Shown here: positions 31,624 through 33,393 of the stretch, piece after piece | Layout: the number at the start of each line of letters is the position of its first letter | Numbering within the stretch: the first letter of the stretch is position 1 | Source of the DNA: a virus | Lineage: Duplodnaviria; Heunggongvirae; Uroviricota; Caudoviricetes | Strand: one strand, 5' to 3' | Virus record (IMG/VR): IMGVR_UViG_3300028833_000069 | DNA length: 33,393 nucleotides | Program-made: the position numbers and the translations under genes | Notes under the pieces: generated by a model | Seen by the model: only the letters and a program-made list of their open reading frames with translations | The model's database searches: none | Told to the model about the DNA's origin: nothing

Positions 31624-33393
31624 TTATACACTCTTTGTTACAAATACTGCAAATTGCATATAAGGTTGATCTAATACAGATTTAGTTCCTGCCATAATTG
31701 AGCCATTAGCTTGATAAGAATATGGATTACCAGAACCAAGCAACTGATCATTGATTGTACTTCTGTTAATTACTCCATTACTCTTTAAAGCAAAATATTC
31801 TCCTCTAGTAGCAGCTGGAACCCAAGGAGCAGTTGGAACCAATCTTTCGCTATCTGCTGCTGCAATTTCTTCATCTGTTCTATCATCAAACATCATTGCA
31901 ATTTGATATGCATTGTCTTCTGGACAAATAAATGTTGCAGTTGTTTCAGCTACAAAAGATTCTCCTGGTACAATAGTTCTGCCATTAAAACTGATGCTTT
32001 TACCATTTTCAGGATTATAATAAGTTATACCTTGAATAAGAGTATTACCAGAAGTAACTGTTCTATATACACTTGATCTACATCTGCAATATACAACATT
32101 CTGTACATTTGGATCATTGATAGCATATGCATAAATAGTTCCATCTGCTCCAGCACTCATGTTATACTTATTATATTCTCCTGTTACTGCATCTGCTGTT
32201 ACTACAAGCATATCATCTGCTTTATATGCTACATAATCAGCATAAGTAGGATGCCAATACATAACTCTATCATCTACAGATGCTTGATCATCTGCTCTTA
32301 ACAAATACTTACCAGCTGGAAGAGAATCTCCAGGACCATATTTAGCAACTACTTGATTGCCATTACCATCATCTTTAGTGCCAATGTAGTCATCAGTGTT
32401 CATTGTTATACCTTTGTCAGTAATATGGTCAGATTGTAAAGCATAGACTCCATTATACTGAAGTTCAGCAGGATTCATCTTCATTATCTTGGATAAGATT
32501 GCACCAGTTGTTGCAACAGAACCTTCATTGATTTTAATGCTTCCATTTTCAATCTTTAAGCATCCTGTAAGTGTTCTATTATCAAAACACCAAGTATGTC
32601 CATCTGAAGCTGTTCTAATGTTCTCTGTTTCTCCATATACTTGGATATGTGCAGCAGGAGGTAATGCCCCATAATAAATATTGTTTTCAGGGAATATACA
32701 AGCTGCTGTTGGTTTTAATGTAAAATCTAAACCATCTGGATCATTAAAGATGTCATATGCACTTTGATCAGGGAATATACAAGCATTACTACCAGTACCA
32801 AATTGCATTGAATTAGATTCTGTAATTAAACTTAATCTAACCATTGCTGGTATAACATGAGAAATGTTTGGAGTAACACCTTCATCAACTACTACTGTAA
32901 TTGTTATGGTATCATTCTCATCATCATATGCATATCCTTCTGTATCTCCTGTTTCCCAGAGTACTTGCCAGTTTTTAGTTGTATTATTAGCACCACCTGC
33001 TCTGTAAACATAATATCTACAGTCATTAGCAAAACAACAGTTTATAAAATAATCTCTACTATTTTCAGAACCTGTTGCTACAAAGAAATCCCACTTCGAG
33101 TATACACATCTGTTACCATAGTGTCTACCAGTTACAGCGCCAGTACCTCTTCTACCTACATTTTGTCCAGTAACACCTTGTCTATCTATTCTTGTATTGT
33201 AATATGTACAATAAGTTGAAGCAGATCCAGAATAATTACTCAGAATAACAGGACAACCTGTGTTTCTAATAATATCTGAATAGATTATTCTAGTGGGGGA
33301 AGATCCCCCACATCCCCCTCTCCATAGTTTACTGTGGTGTACCAGGACTGGACTGGAGGCAAACCCAGACACACTGCCAGCACCGCCAACATA
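31624..33393 (-). CDS. DGR target protein (putative tail spike/adhesin), 5' end outside the window
   Basis: The frame is open for 590 codons from the window edge to TAA at 31624. The VR is in frame at the window edge (YVGGAGSVSGFAS). Confidence 0.85.
   Translation of the reverse strand, partial: YVGGAGSVSGFASSPVLVHHSKLWRGGCGGSSPTRIIYSDIIRNTGCPVILSNYSGSASTYCTYYNTRIDRQGVTGQNVGRRGTGAVTGRHYGNRCVYSKWDFFVATGSENSRDYFINCCFANDCRYYVYRAGGANNTTKNWQVLWETGDTEGYAYDDENDTITITVVVDEGVTPNISHVIPAMVRLSLITESNSMQFGTGSNACIFPDQSAYDIFNDPDGLDFTLKPTAACIFPENNIYYGALPPAAHIQVYGETENIRTASDGHTWCFDNRTLTGCLKIENGSIKINEGSVATTGAILSKIMKMNPAELQYNGVYALQSDHITDKGITMNTDDYIGTKDDGNGNQVVAKYGPGDSLPAGKYLLRADDQASVDDRVMYWHPTYADYVAYKADDMLVVTADAVTGEYNKYNMSAGADGTIYAYAINDPNVQNVVYCRCRSSVYRTVTSGNTLIQGITYYNPENGKSISFNGRTIVPGESFVAETTATFICPEDNAYQIAMMFDDRTDEEIAAADSERLVPTAPWVPAATRGEYFALKSNGVINRSTINDQLLGSGNPYSYQANGSIMAGTKSVLDQPYMQFAVFVTKSV
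33293..33311. promoter_or_regulatory. GC-rich hairpin/cruciform downstream of the VR (candidate DGR target-recognition element)
   Basis: GTGGGGGA-AGA-TCCCCCAC, a perfect 8-bp stem 42 nt past the VR end in an otherwise AT-rich gene. Confidence 0.7.
33354..33393 (-). repeat. DGR variable repeat (VR), truncated by the window edge
   Basis: TAT GTT GGC GGT GCT GGC AGT GTG TCT GGG TTT GCC TCC A versus TR AAT GTT AAC AAT GCT AAC AAT GTG AAT GGG TTT GCC TCC A. Confidence 0.92.

Larger units (their letters stand above)
29819..33393 (-). mobile_element. Diversity-generating retroelement cassette (target/VR, 88-aa ORF, TR, RT)
   Basis: RT with SQ and YMDD motifs, an adenine-specific TR/VR pair, and a hairpin after the VR. 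Confidence 0.9.

Noticed and set aside
173-33219. All plus-strand ORFs in the track (e.g. 23611..24246, 274..579, 32857..33219)
   Set aside because: They are antisense shadows of long minus-strand genes, with implausible composition and no recognisable motifs.
31624-33372. GTG at 33372 as the start of the target gene
   Set aside because: The frame stays open to the window edge and this codon lies inside the VR, so the true start is outside the window.
1-33393. Suppressor tRNA, second VR, terminase, portal or lysis genes
   Set aside because: None were recognised by eye. Intergenic gaps are short and explained by promoters, terminators or the TR. A tRNA scan and a TR self-search would be needed to exclude them formally.

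Overview
This window is the late (virion) gene module of a crAss-like phage (Crassvirales, probable Bacteroidota host). It is AT-rich and every gene is on the minus strand. The supplied ORF track is fragmented because the phage reads TAG as Gln. With that code, 22 genes tile the window almost without gaps, contain 40 in-frame TAGs by manual count, and end in TAA or TGA. In transcription order (right to left) the window holds: a diversity-generating retroelement (DGR: target gene, 88-aa ORF, template repeat, reverse transcriptase), three tail fibre/adhesin-like genes, a promoter, a scaffold-like gene, the major capsid protein, head/ring proteins, an HU/IHF-like gene, two large tail (muzzle/stabilization-like) proteins, a DUF192 protein and a cluster of cargo/ejection-like proteins. 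The most unusual element is the DGR. It has no recognisable avd gene. Its RT continues in frame through a TAG into an extra ~100-aa domain. Its variable region lies about 576 codons before the target's stop, in what looks like a beta-helix rather than a C-terminal C-type lectin domain. Its target hairpin lies inside coding sequence, and its template repeat is clamped by a perfect 14-bp inverted repeat. Protein family assignments come from motif recognition only; no database searches were run.
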